Below are positions 11,262 to 24,548 of a DNA stretch of 64,000 bases, in pieces (position 1 is the first letter of the stretch; each line of letters starts with the position of its first letter). A model generated the notes under the pieces. That model made no database searches and was not told where the DNA came from. It saw only the letters and a program-made list of their open reading frames with translations. The DNA is from Eledone cirrhosa (lineage: Eukaryota): NCBI GenBank assembly GCA_964016885.1, contig OZ024743.1:128588001-128652000 (forward strand), written 5' to 3'. The position numbers and the translations under genes were made by a program.

Positions 11262-13748
11262 ATGCTAATGATAGAAACAACAACAACCACCATGATAACA
11301 ATAATAGCAACACACACAACTATGACGAGAAATAACGACAACCCCTTAGAGAAACTATTTTTCAACCCAGCTGACAAAACATATAAGATGGGTAATATCT
11401 ATCCTACGAGGTTACCCTTTAATAAAAGAGTTTGCATACCACAGCAAATAGATGACGAGACGGAGGCACAGTTCACCATAGCTAGAAATAAGATTAGACA
11501 AGTAGTAGACAGGTACACTATGAGACAGAGCAGACCAGAGGCCCAACAACTTGGGATAAAACCTGTAGAAGGCTTGGTTAGCCTCAAGCAGCGCACAAGG
11601 GATGGTGAGGTAGTGTGTCTACCCACAGATAAGTCTGTTAGGATGTCAATAGATAGCATGCCGAACTACATCGAGGCAATGCAACCCCACATCACCAACA
11701 CGAGCGAAGTTGCACAACTAACACACGATGGGAGAGAAAAAATCCTCAACGCTCACATGATGATGTGGACTGACATCCTAAAGCCAAGCAGACGCACTGC
11801 CAACAACTTCCAGGCGTCTAACAGTGGCATACCACCCTTGTATGGGCTCCGCAAAGACCACAAGACAGTCGACGACCCGACAACAGGACCACCAACAAGA
11901 CCCGTATGCGGAGCTAATATAGCTAGCAACTACAGGATCTCCTACTTCCTCTCAATGGTTATACGCCCCATAATCAAGATGTCCCCAGATGTATGTGAAA
12001 GTACAGAGGACCTCCTCAGCAGAATCAGTGAGTGCAACAAAAACAGGAGCCTATCCAACTGCATAATAGGCAGCATGGATGTGGTGTCACTGTACCCATC
12101 CATTAACATTGATTTTGCTGTGAAAAGATGTGTGGAGATGATCATTGAGAGTGAGGTGGAGTTCTGCGACGTCGACACAGACGAACTGGGCCTCCTACTT
12201 AGACTTACCTACGACACTGACTACCTAGACAGCCATGACCTTAGATGTTTCTGCCCTAGTAGACCTATAAGAGGTAAACCCCCCACCATAACCTCAATGG
12301 CTAAAAAGACTCCCATAGGAAGGTGGATTGGGTGGACCAAAGCTATACGGACCCCCCAAAACACTGATCAGGTAAGAAAAATGGTCGCACATGCAATAGG
12401 GGCTAGTATCAAAACTACCCTAAAGGGCCACATATTTAAGTTCAATGAGAAAATCTACACCCAAAATGAGGGAGCAGCCATCGGCGTCAGCTTAGCTGGT
12501 GATGTTGCCAACCTTTTCATGGTATGGTGGGAAAGGAGACTTAAAGATCTCCTTAATGAAAGCTCCATAGACCTCATCATGTACTCTCGTTATGTAGACG
12601 ATATCAATATAGTTATAAGAACACCCCCACTAGAGAGCACTAACAAGTTTGATTTAGAACGTAGCACGATGGAAAGCATCCAGCAGATAGCTAATTCCAT
12701 ACACCAGAGTATAACTGTAACTATAGACTTCCCTTCCAAACACCCTAACAATAGACTACCTGTATTAGACACAGAACTCTGGATTAACACTATAGACGAG
12801 AGAGCCCAAATTCTCCACTCACACTATGCTAAACCCATGGCCTCCAAATACCTGATACTCAAAAACTCAGCAATGTCCTGTAGTGCTAAGTTTAATATTC
12901 TGATCGCAGATTTGGTACGAGTGATGAAGAATGTGTCCAGCATGTGCGACCCAACAGAAATGGAAGGACACATCCAACACTTCATCAACCGCATGCAGTT
13001 CTCTGGCTACAACCAAAGAGACAGAGTCAGAGTATACGAAGGAGCCATGGAAAAGTATAAGACCCTCATAGAACTGGACATGAAAGGAATTTGCCCACTA
13101 TACAGGAGCAAATCATGGAATAGCTTAGATAGGGCTAGACATAAGATAGGGAAGGCCACATCATGGTACGACAACCAGAGATATCAGAGTGTCATGTTTG
13201 TGGACGCCACCCCTGGAGGGAAATTAGCTAACCAGTGTAGAAAGACCCTGAGAAAGACCCACTTAAAAATAAAGGTGGTAGAAAAGCCAGGAACCACCAT
13301 AAAATCCCTGATCAGCAAAACCTACCCTTTTAAGAAAACCCACTGTACCAATAGGAAATGTATCATATGTAAGGTGAACCCCCGGATAAACTGTAAAACT
13401 AGAAGCGTAGTCTATAGCATAAGATGTACAGAGGGTACTTGCAGAAACATGACAACAACATACATAGGTGAGACAGCTCGTAGCATAGGTGAAAGGATAG
13501 ACCAACACTGGGGGGAACTAAAAGGACGAAAAAACGGGTCAGTACTATACGAACATGCTAGACAACAACATGACGGTAACATAGACAACATAGAAATTAG
13601 AATAATATCTAAACATAGGAATGACCCAACAGATAGGCAAATCAGAGAGGCCAGTGAAATAGAAATTAGAAGACCAAAGCTAAACAGAAAGAATGAGTGG
13701 AACAACAACAACACCCAAACAAACAACACTGACCTAAGAGAAGTATAA
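11262..13748 (+). CDS. PLE polyprotein: reverse transcriptase plus C-terminal GIY-YIG endonuclease (true start uncertain)
   Basis: PTDKS, LYGLRKDHK, PTRPV, SMDVVSLYPSI, QNEGAAIG, YSRYVDD, LPVLD; Cys-rich linker; VVYSIRC..YIGETARSIGERIDQH; no internal stop. Confidence 0.95.
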   Translation: MLMIETTTTTMITIIATHTTMTRNNDNPLEKLFFNPADKTYKMGNIYPTRLPFNKRVCIPQQIDDETEAQFTIARNKIRQVVDRYTMRQSRPEAQQLGIKPVEGLVSLKQRTRDGEVVCLPTDKSVRMSIDSMPNYIEAMQPHITNTSEVAQLTHDGREKILNAHMMMWTDILKPSRRTANNFQASNSGIPPLYGLRKDHKTVDDPTTGPPTRPVCGANIASNYRISYFLSMVIRPIIKMSPDVCESTEDLLSRISECNKNRSLSNCIIGSMDVVSLYPSINIDFAVKRCVEMIIESEVEFCDVDTDELGLLLRLTYDTDYLDSHDLRCFCPSRPIRGKPPTITSMAKKTPIGRWIGWTKAIRTPQNTDQVRKMVAHAIGASIKTTLKGHIFKFNEKIYTQNEGAAIGVSLAGDVANLFMVWWERRLKDLLNESSIDLIMYSRYVDDINIVIRTPPLESTNKFDLERSTMESIQQIANSIHQSITVTIDFPSKHPNNRLPVLDTELWINTIDERAQILHSHYAKPMASKYLILKNSAMSCSAKFNILIADLVRVMKNVSSMCDPTEMEGHIQHFINRMQFSGYNQRDRVRVYEGAMEKYKTLIELDMKGICPLYRSKSWNSLDRARHKIGKATSWYDNQRYQSVMFVDATPGGKLANQCRKTLRKTHLKIKVVEKPGTTIKSLISKTYPFKKTHCTNRKCIICKVNPRINCKTRSVVYSIRCTEGTCRNMTTTYIGETARSIGERIDQHWGELKGRKNGSVLYEHARQQHDGNIDNIEIRIISKHRNDPTDRQIREASEIEIRRPKLNRKNEWNNNNTQTNNTDLREV

Positions 13749-14011
13749 ATAAGTAAATAAAATAAAATAAAATAAGATAAATAAATACATACACAAGCAC
13801 ATAAACACACACTAGTCACCCAGCAGACACAACACTATACACACTAGTCACACATCACACATAACACTATACACACACGCAAACGCATGCGCAAAGAAGA
13901 CAAAATAAAATAAGATAAACAAACAAGCAAATAAATAAATAAATATATAGACAGACTGAACAAAAAAAAATGGCGTAGACATACAACACAACAGGAGGAA
14001 CAATGAATATA

Positions 14012-14053
14012 ACACCACTGACGATGTTGCAGATGTGCAACGAAAGATTTATG
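14012..14053 (+). ncRNA. Minimal hammerhead ribozyme in the family A pLTR
   Basis: CUGACGA U GUUGCA-GAUG-UGCAAC GAAA GAUUUA; core and stem II are clear, stem I is weak. Confidence 0.7.
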
Positions 14054-14267
14054 TAAATTATGTAAACTATATATATGTGTTTGTGTCTATATTGTATCTG
14101 TATTATTTTTGACCGCCGGTCAGTCAATGGCAACATTGAGGACCGAGTAAGTTAGATCGCAGATATATATATATAAAAGACAGCGAGAAGCGAAAACCAA
14201 CCAAACAGTGAGTGTGTTCTGTTATTAATTCTGGCAATATTACGCAAATATGACCCTCCCCAAATAT

Positions 14268-14329
<62 letters not shown>

Positions 14330-14422
14330 CTATATATATATATGTATCTATATATATATATGTATCTATATATATATATATATATGTATCTATATATATA
14401 TATATGTATCTATATATATATG

Positions 14423-14513
<91 letters not shown>

Positions 14514-16224
14514 AAGTTTTCTGTATGTGTGTGTGGACAATTTTTAATGAGGGCTCATATATTCTAAACCATTCATGCGATTTCTTTGAAATTTTTTACA
14601 GAGCTTCTCCTTGCACAACACATGTACATGATCTACAAAGGCTTTCAAAAATCGATATTAGGGCCTTTGGAGACATTAAAAAATGTTCGGTTATTTGTGT
14701 CAATGTTCGTGATTAAGTAAGACAAGAGTTATCTTTAAGTAAGACAAGAGTTATCTTTCGTAATTCGGCTCATTCGGATTTTAATTTACTCTTTGTACTT
14801 GAAACAAAAGGTACGCTTCCTTGAGACTAACAGTATAATTTTGTATATTTCACAACCAGCAATTTCTAACAGATTACTAAGTTAAGTTATAGATTTGACA
14901 TTGTATAATTTATCGTTTCAAGCTTGATGTTCATACATTAAGTGATGTCATAACTTTTACAATATTATGCTTTGTACACAATTCACTTCACTTCTCTATT
15001 TCATCATGCGCTTTTACTGTTGTCAAAAAAATTTATATTAGACTGGATTTCTGTTGTTACATGGTATAATGGATGCCACCGAGCTCACATATTAATTATT
15101 TCCCTGGAATAGTTTTTCATGTTTACATAAAGTACGTTTTTCTTCTATGTATTCAAATTTACTTTGCTTAGTTTAATGAGCTACATTGAAAGCTACTTGA
15201 ACTGTCCGAAGGACGGGTAGTTTAGCTAGTATATATATATATATATAAACCTTTATCATAATCGTATCTAAGAACCTTGAAGCTATATTCCTAACACCAG
15301 CTTACTGATAAATAGAGTGGGGTAGGTGACGTGGCACAAATGCTTGCAACAGAATGCAGGTACCCAAGAGTCAGATGGCGTTAACGTGAGTGATGGATTA
15401 AGTTGACTACTCAAGTAAGCCACAGCAGGATTTAAACTCAGAACTCAAACACAATGAGTTAGCCCAAATACTGAAAGGCATCACGTCTGATCCTCTAACA
15501 ATTATGCCAATCGACGCCCTTAACTGGTAATAAATTTTATCGATTCCGAAAGAGTGAAAGGCAAAATAATTTATCTCGGTGGGATTTGACCTCAAAATGC
15601 ATAGAGTCTGAACAAATGCCGCAAGCATTTTGCCCTGAGCATTAACGACTCGAATAGTGAACTAAAAATATGCTCACTAAAAGCACTGAGGAGTGGTAAG
15701 TATTACACTGGCTCAATATCTGCCAAAAATATGACAAAAATTCTTACAAGCAGAATCCTATTGGCAAAATTCTTTCTGTAATAAATTTACAAAAACCAAT
15801 GTCTTTAGAATGTACACAAAATTTTTCACGGTAACTAGTCAACCTAATTAAAAATGATTTATTTTACTGCTACCTCGGAAACATTAAAACATGTATTCGG
15901 ATCTAAGCGACTAGATTCAGGAACAGTTTCTATTTCAGAAGTCACACAGTTAAACAATGCTCTCCTCTAATACATGTATTACCCAGAGTTTATTATTTTA
16001 TAGTGTTCGAGCGTATTGCATTGATAGAGCCGTTAGAGCATCGGACAAATGCCTAGCAGTATTTGTTCTCTCACTTTATGTTCTGAGATCAAATCACACC
16101 AACGCCAACGTTACCTTTCATTTTTCGGAGTCTATAAAATAAGTAGCAGTAAAGTACCGAGGTCGATATAATCGATTTTCCTCTTACTCCAAACTGCTGG
16201 TCTTGCGCCTATGTTAAAAACAAT

Positions 16225-16630
16225 TATACTGTTCGTCCTTTGTTGTCGAAGTTAATCGAGATTCGTAACTGATTTGTATGTTCGATTTAGTCTGCTATGT
16301 CTGTAGATAACTCACGAGGTCTATCTGGACTAGGAATGCTCTGCCACATATAGGGCAGAGTAGCATTTGGGGTCGGGTAACGCGAACATTACAAAGTGAA
16401 CGATTTTTCTCAACAACAGCATTTCTTTTGCTTTCAGTTATTTGGGCAGCATTATTAATTGGACTGCAAGGGCGGTAGATTGGAGGCAAGCAGGTCCCGA
16501 ACGTCAACCACAATGTCGAGGTCTTTTAGAGGTGGACTCCTTCAATCATTGAACCTCTTCTGTTGCCCCCTCAACAACGCACTTTCTCTGAAAGAATAAG
16601 TAATATAGGATATTTTGAGATGCGTCGATT
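16225..16630 (-). mobile_element. RTE (BovB-like) LINE 3' remnant
   Basis: Degenerate zinc finger CPICGRAFLVQIDLVSYLQT*; 3' end CTTCGACAACAAAGGACGAACA. Confidence 0.65.
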
Positions 16631-16692
16631 TGGTAATTCCCAGAGTAATTATACTGTTACTATATTTTTACTGTTATCATTAACTGTTATTA

Positions 16693-16831
16693 CAAGTAAA
16701 ATTCCGTTATAATGAATACCATTATAACGAATTTTTTTTCAATCCCCAAACAGACGTTCGATTTGTTTCGGTCGATCTCGTAATAAAGCATTTTTCATTA
16801 CATGAATTTTTTTATACCGGAATTTCACTGT
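16693..16831. mobile_element. Short pogo/Tigger-like MITE
   Basis: Imperfect TIRs (CAAGTAAAATTCCGTTATA / TATACCGGAATTTCACTG), TA flanks; related copy at 36200-36373. Confidence 0.65.
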
Positions 16832-17159
16832 ATTCATAGGTATTAATTGTAATTACAACTCTTGTGGGGATTTTTTCTCTTTCAACTTTTATTACAATCA
16901 GCTTTTGCTATACAACGATCCAATAGGTTCATCGTAGAACTCATAGTGATGAAAACACCTGAAGTCCTAGATCCCTGAACAACCGCCCTACTTACTACGA
17001 TCAGAATGGAGATGTTCATTCGCAAGTACGAGCCTCATGAATTAAGCTGCTCTCCAATTGGTTTAGCATCTGCCATTCTGAGTGCCCAAACCACCTCCCT
17101 ATTATGAGATGACCATTCGGAAGACACCCGAATTGACTGGATTGAAGAAGACTTCAAAA

Positions 17160-18221
17160 GTAACAAGTAGCGAGGAAATTTGGCATCATGGTGTTATCAA
17201 GTACCTGCAGAAAAATGATTTAGCCCCCAAAGACATTCACGTTGATATGGTTGCTACATTAGGAAATAATACTCCAGCTTTATCAACAGTGCAAAGGTGG
17301 TCAGTTGAATGTAGGTGTTGAAGGGAGAGACGTGAAGATGACCCAAGGGCTGGACGCTCTGCAACTGCCACCACCGAAGAAAACATTGATCGTGTTTATC
17401 ACATGGTGAATGACTATAAATCAAACAGCCAATACTATTAGTATATCCCGTAAGAGAGTTGAGAATATTCTGCACAATGAACTTGGCATGACAAAGGTTT
17501 CTGCTCGGTAGGTGTCACGTCTTCTGACACCTCACCAAAAGCGCACCAGGATGATTACATAAGAGGAAAATCTGACATAGTTTGAGGCAGATCCAGCTGG
17601 TTTCCTTGAATGATTTCTAACCCAAGATCAGTGTTCGATTCATCAGTTGAGTCAGAGACAAAAAGACAATCCATGCTGTGAAAACACCTCCCCTCACCCG
17701 CTCCAAAGAAGGCCAAGGTTGTTACATTTGCAGGGAAAGTGATAGCCTCAGCTTTGGGAGATGCAAAAGACATTGTGTTTATTGACTATCTTCAAAAGGG
17801 CCATACCATCAATGGAAAGTTTGATGTCAGCTTGCTGAGGCTCTTACGAAAGACTATCAAGAACAAACGCCCAGGAAAACTGACGAAATGCTCCCAACAC
17901 TCAAGTCATTGCTTTCAATGGCTGCTGTGCGTGACTGTGACTTTGAACTGGTTGTTCACCCTCCCTATCATCTGTTCCCCAACATGATAAATACACTTGG
18001 CTGGGAACCAGTATAGCAGTGATGATGACCTCATATCTGCTGTTCATAATTTTTTTTACCAACTGGATGAAAGCTTCTTCACCAACGGCACCCAAGCACT
18101 GCACCACCGATGGGAGAAGTGTGTGGACCGCAAGGGGGACTATGTTGAAAAATAAACCTCATTTGGCACATTCCAGGAGAGTATCTTAGTCAGCCTATGA
18201 ACTTTTCAGCTGACCGGCGCA
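17160..18221 (+). pseudogene. mariner transposase pseudogene with right TIR
   Basis: HTH GVIKYL..IHVDM..LG...PALSTVQRW; degenerate WVPRLL; DIVFIDYLQKGHTING; WEKCVDRKGDYVEK*; TIR-like CTATGAACTTTTCAGCTGAC; many stops. Left end not resolved. Confidence 0.88.
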
Positions 18222-18784
18222 TATCGATTATGTTTCTCAATAAAAAAGCTCCATGAACATTATTCCACAGCATCAGTTAACAAGTTTAAACGATACATAA
18301 AAAAGGAGAGAGAGGAGAGAGAGAGAGAAGAGAGAAAGAGAGAGGAGAGAGAGGAGAGAAAGAGAGAGGAGAGAGAGCAGAAAGAAAGAAACAGAAAGAG
18401 GAAGAGAGAGAAAGAGATATATATATATACACGCATGAGAGAGTGTCAGTAAGTGAATATTAAAAAGTTGAACTTAAATGAACTACAATAAAATCGATAA
18501 GAAAACAGTGAGAGACAATAGAATATGATAATGGAAAGTAAGTAATGTGATTTCAAGAATTCTTTTAATTGGTTCAATATGTCAACTTCTGCCAAATCAG
18601 CCCATTTGGCAGTCATTACAGCGTTGATATTTATTTAGTTATTTTGTTAATCAACTTAATCATTCGTGTAGAGCTTGTAATCTATGATAGCGAAAGATAT
18701 CTAACACCACTTATGGTTAGGAGACAAAACAAAAAAAAAACAAAAAAAAAAACAGAGAAAAAAAAAAGGAGTCAAAAGAATAAT

Positions 18785-19555
18785 GGTTTCTGATTTAGGC
18801 GCAAGGTCATCAATTTTAGGGGGGAGGGGAGTCGATTAAATCGACCCCAGTGCGTTACTGGTGGGTGCTATATTTTGTCGACTCCGTCAGGATGAAAGAC
18901 AAAGTTAATTTCGGCGGATTTGTACTCAGAACACAAAGGGCCGTAACTCTATGCCGCGAAGCAGGGTGTCCGCTCTTCCGATTCTGCCAATCCAACAAGG
19001 AGTCAAAAGAATAGCAACGATAATTTCTTTATTATTTATTGAATAATAATAGTTTCTAATTTAAGCCTAAGGCTAACAATTTTGTGGGAGGGGAAAGTCG
19101 ATTAAATCGATCCCAGTTCGTTACTGGTGCTTTATTTTATCAACTACATAAGGATGAAACGCAAAGCTAACCTCGGCAGGATTTGAACTCAGGGTGTAAA
19201 TGGGCGTAACTCTAAGCCGTAAAACATTATCCGACGCTCCACCGACTCTGCCAATCCACTGCCTTTGAGAATACTACTAATAATTGTTTCTACATTTGGC
19301 AGAAGGCCAGCAATTATCCCAGTACATTACTGGTACTTTATTTTATCGACCCCGTAAGGATGAAAGGCAGAGCTAACCTCGGCGAGATTTGAACTCAGAA
19401 CGTAAAAAGCCATAAGTCTATGTTGCAAAGCATGGTGTCTGACGTTTTACCGATACTGCCAATCCACCACCCTAATAATTACTGGTGTTTTATTGTATCG
19501 ACCCCATAAGGATGAAAGGCAAAGTTAACTTCAGTGGTATTTGAACGCAGAACTT
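18785..19555 (-). mobile_element. Cluster of four family M SINE copies
   Basis: Four repeats of TTACTGGT..TTTTATCGACCCC..GGATGAAAG..GATTTGAACTCAG; the first has TSD AAGGAGTCAAAAGAATA. Confidence 0.88.
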
Positions 19556-19556
19556 G

Positions 19557-19775
19557 CTAATAAGGAATACTACCAAAGGAACAAAAAGGATGTGGGAAGT
19601 GATTCCAGGGTACCAGGAATCACTTGGTTATTGATAAGACAGTTTTGAGGTATTGTAAGAGACACCATACAAACATGTCTATGGTTTAGATTGACTTTAA
19701 GAAGGCATAATGATATGGTGTCCCATTCTTGGATTAGTGAATGTCTGCGGAGGTTTGGTATTGCTGACATCACAA
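19557..19775 (+). pseudogene. R4/Dong-like non-LTR RT fragment
   Basis: EQKGCGK*FQGTRNHLVIDK..NMSMV*IDFKKA/DMVSHSWISECL, typical of RT domains 2a-3 in RLE-type elements. Confidence 0.7.
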
Positions 19776-20792
19776 ATTTTATTAATCCGTCGCCCCGTTA
19801 AACACCACTATATTCACCGGAAAGGGAAGTTTCTCAAGTGTTTTAATTAAGGCCACAGTCACATGACGGAAAACAGCATGGAATGAAACGTCTGTCCCAG
19901 AGACACGAGCCACCTGGTCCTGGCTATCGAACTCACGAACTTATATGATCGTGTGACCAACACCATCACCACCAGGCCTTCACTTTGTACATATTTAGTG
20001 AAAAAAAATGATGATGATGATGATGGTAAAGAGCGGCGTGAATAGAACAGTCATGTTCAAGAACACAACGGGACGCCTGGTTCAGGGGATCAAACTCACG
20101 AGCACTATATCATCGTGAGACCAACACCCTAGCGACAAGGCCACGCGCCTTCACTTTGTATGCGTTTGGTGAAAAGAAATCAATGCAATGATGATATTAG
20201 TGCTGCAATAAAATGGGAATGAATATAAAAAGCACAAGGTGATAACAAAAAAGCGTGAATTAACAGTTCCAAGCTGAAGAAGAGACTTAACAGCTAAGAA
20301 ATTTAGATCAATGGTAAAAGTGAAACGTTTTAATTTCCTGCGACAGTGAATATTTGATTAGATTTGATTTGATTCTCTTCTATTTTGTTCCATATTTGTA
20401 ACTACGTTAATACGACGACGACTTTGATGTCATGGCTGTATTTATTATACAATGAGAAAGGGTAGAGTGTAATAGAGAGGGGGGGGGTAGAGTGTAACAG
20501 AGAGGGGGGGGGGGGTAGAGTGTAACAGAGAGGGGGCAGTGAATGAGGGGGGGGGGCGTGTATGTATGACGAAGTTGAAATGGGGAGATGTATATGGTGG
20601 AGGAGGCGGAAAGAGTGAAGTGTGTCTTGGAAAGGAAAGAGTGTGTATGTGTGTGTGTGTAAAAGGTATGTGAATATGTGGGAAAGAAAATCAGATAGGA
20701 GGGAGGGGAGCGGTGGCATGTGTTGAAGGGGACGGAAAGACTGAGGTGTGTATTGTTGAAAAGGAAAAGGAAAAATGTGCAAGTGTAAGTGT

Positions 20793-20859
<67 letters not shown>

Positions 20860-22017
20860 AGATGTGTGTGAATGAAAGGTAGTGTGAAACGTACGTGTGA
20901 GTGAAAGAGAATGAATTGTATGTATGCAAGAGAGAGGGGGAGAGAGATGGGGGAAAAGACCGATTTGTGTGGACGGGGAAGTATGATAGACGTGAATGGG
21001 GAACCCAGAGGGACGAGGTAAGTGAATATGTGTATGTGATCGTGTTGTAGAGAGAAAGGTGTGAACACGAACATGAGAGAGACGGGGAGATGTAGAGTCA
21101 TAAACGCAAAAAATAAGGTAAATGGTAGTTTTAATCTATGTAAATAAACGGGGACGAGAGAGAGAGAGATGGGGGCGGAGAGAGAAGGAGAGCGAGAGAG
21201 AGAGAGAGAGACAGAGAGAGAGAGAGATGGGGGTGGAGAGAGAAAGAGGATGAGAGCAAAAGAGAAAGCAAATAGGTAGGGAAAGGAGTCTGTCTAAGAG
21301 GGGAGAGCGGCTCTGAAAGAGACAGGAATTAGGTCGTCAGAGAGGGGGATGACAGAGAAGGAATTGGAGGTTGTGAGTTAATCTGGGAGAGAAAGAGTGG
21401 TGGGGATGAAGGGCTGGCCTGGGAGAGAAAAAGAGAGGATGAAGGAATTGGAGATTGAGTGAGGTAAAGAGAAGGAAGGGCAGAAAAGATATATATATAT
21501 AGATATATAGAAAAAGGGAGAGAGAGGGGCAAGACTAAAATAACAAGAGTGAAAGTAAAGGTAAACTCTCCATTAACCGTGGTGGTGTGTGTAACACAGG
21601 TGTTTTCGTTTCTTAACGAAAGACGAGATCCCATACATGTGTTTTTGTGTGTGGTCATGCGTGTGTACGCGTGTATGAAAGCCGAGAGGACGCGCATGCG
21701 TATGCATATAAGCATACAGACAAGCATACGTTTCTCTTTGCGAAATGATAAAAGAAATAATAAAATAAATAAATAAAAGATTCTTGGTCCTGATTGTTGT
21801 TGTTTTTTTTTGGTTTTTAGGGGTTTTTTTTTTTTGTTTTTTTTCTGCAAGTCATGGTTCAGTGTGGTCCATAGACCCAATACTAATCTGTTTTAACTAC
21901 TCTGTTACTTTACGGATGCATGATTCCGCTTTTTATATAGAAATGTCGGTCGCCCATTATCTCCGCATGTTTTGGGGGCGGAACGCATGTTGTATGACCC
22001 CACCACCACCACAATAT

Positions 22018-22093
<76 letters not shown>

Positions 22094-22226
22094 ATATATA
22101 TATATAATATATATATAATATATATATATTATATATATCACATATATATATATATTATATATATCACATATATATATATATATATATTATATATATCACA
22201 TATATATATATATATATTATATATAT

Positions 22227-22276
<50 letters not shown>

Positions 22277-22328
22277 CATATATATATATGTATAATTATA
22301 TATATCATATATATATATTATATATATC

Positions 22329-22363
<35 letters not shown>

Positions 22364-22691
22364 CATATATATATATATATATTATATATATCATATATAT
22401 ATATTACATATATCATATATATATATATATATTATATATATATATATATTATATATATCATATATATATATTATATATATTATATATAATATATATTATA
22501 TATAATATATATAATATATATATATATATGATATATATAATATATATATATATATATGATATATGTAATATATATATATGATATATATAATATATATATA
22601 TATATTATATATAATATATATATATATATTATATATAATATATATATATATATATATTATATATATCATATATATATATGATATTATGTAT

Positions 22692-22733
<42 letters not shown>

Positions 22734-22758
22734 CATATATATATATGATATTATATAT

Positions 22759-22800
<42 letters not shown>

Positions 22801-22877
22801 CATATATATATATATATAATATATATATAATATATATTATATATATCATATATATATATATATATGATATTATATAT

Positions 22878-22917
<40 letters not shown>

Positions 22918-23074
22918 CATATATATATATATATATATTATATATATCATATATATATATATAATATATATAATATATATATAATATATATATATTATAT
23001 ATATCATATATATATATAATATATATAATATATATATAATATATATATATATTGTATATATCATATATATATAT

Positions 23075-23106
<32 letters not shown>

Positions 23107-23135
23107 TATATATATCATATATATATATATATATG

Positions 23136-23658
23136 TTGTTATACTTTGGGAGGGTCATGTTGCCAATAAGAAACACACGCACCAGTTGCTTTCACTTCAA
23201 TTTAATTTATTATATATTTATAAATTTACAATAAAATAGTAATAAAATAAAATAAAATAGAAAAATAGAAAAATGAACACAAACACACACAGACACCCGG
23301 ATGTGGCGCATGCGCAAACTGAGCACGCAACCCACACACAAACAAAATGGCGTAGGATAGAAGAAAGGAAAGGCACAGAAACGAAGAAAGAAATCCCCAG
23401 TCACTGAAGAGGTCACAGAGTGTGTGACGAAAGAACTATGACTATATATATATAAACAACTATCTAGGTGTGGAACCAACCAACCAACCAGAAATTTATA
23501 AATTTGTAAATTTATAAATATATAATAAATTAAATTGAAGTGAAAGCAACTGGTGTGTGTGTTTCTTATTGGCAACATGACCCTCCCAAAGTATAACAAT
23601 ATCGGTTTCAACACACGATTTCAGATAAAGAACCTTGCTAAACAAATTCAGAAACGAA
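23136..23658 (+). mobile_element. Non-coding PLE pLTR element, family X, with inverted arms
   Basis: 23136-23229 is the reverse complement of ~23497-23600; termini are homologous to the family A pLTR (TTGTTATA.TT.GGGAGGGTCAT); internal HHR. Confidence 0.85.
23399..23443 (+). ncRNA. Minimal type I hammerhead ribozyme
   Basis: AGUCA CUGAAGA G GUCACA-GAGUG-UGUGAC GAAA GAAC UA UGACU; stems I and II pair perfectly. Confidence 0.88.
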
Positions 23659-23812
23659 ATATATATATATGATATTATATATATCATATATATATATATA
23701 TATATTATATATATCATATATATATAATATATATATATATATGATATTATATATATAATATATATATATATATATTATATATATCATATATATATAATAT
23801 ATATATATATAT

Positions 23813-23853
<41 letters not shown>

Positions 23854-24086
23854 CATATATATATATATATATATAATATATATATAATATATATATTATA
23901 TAATATATATATAATATATATATATATATAATATATATATTATATAATATATATATAATATATATATTATATAATATATATATAATATATATTATATATA
24001 TAATATATATTATATATGTATATATAATATATATATATATATATAATATATATATAATATATATATATAATATATATTATATATAT

Positions 24087-24142
<56 letters not shown>

Positions 24143-24236
24143 TATATATTATATATATAATATATATTATATATATAATATATATAATATATATAATATA
24201 TATATATATAATATATCTATATATATACATATATAT

Positions 24237-24271
<35 letters not shown>

Positions 24272-24295
24272 ATATATATATATATATACATATAT

Positions 24296-24341
<46 letters not shown>

Positions 24342-24378
24342 TATATATATACATATATTATATATATATATAATATAT

Positions 24379-24433
24379 CATCATCATCATCATCATCAAC
24401 GTTTAACGTCCGTGTTCCACGCTTGCATGGGTT
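24379..24433 (-). mobile_element. Extremely 5'-truncated RTE LINE 3' end
   Basis: Reverse complement of ~33044-33097, including the (GAT)n tail. Confidence 0.85.
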
Positions 24434-24548
24434 TATATAATATATATATATATTATATATAATATATATATTATATATATATTATATATAATATATATAT
24501 TATATATATATATATTATATATATATATATTATATATGTATATATATT

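Larger units (their letters stand above)
10827..14273 (+). mobile_element. Penelope-like retroelement, family A, with inverted 5' pLTR copy and 3' pLTR, inserted in (TA)n
   Basis: 10871-11100 is the reverse complement of 14047-14273; RT + GIY-YIG ORF; HHR core in the 3' pLTR; (TA)n on both sides. Confidence 0.93.
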
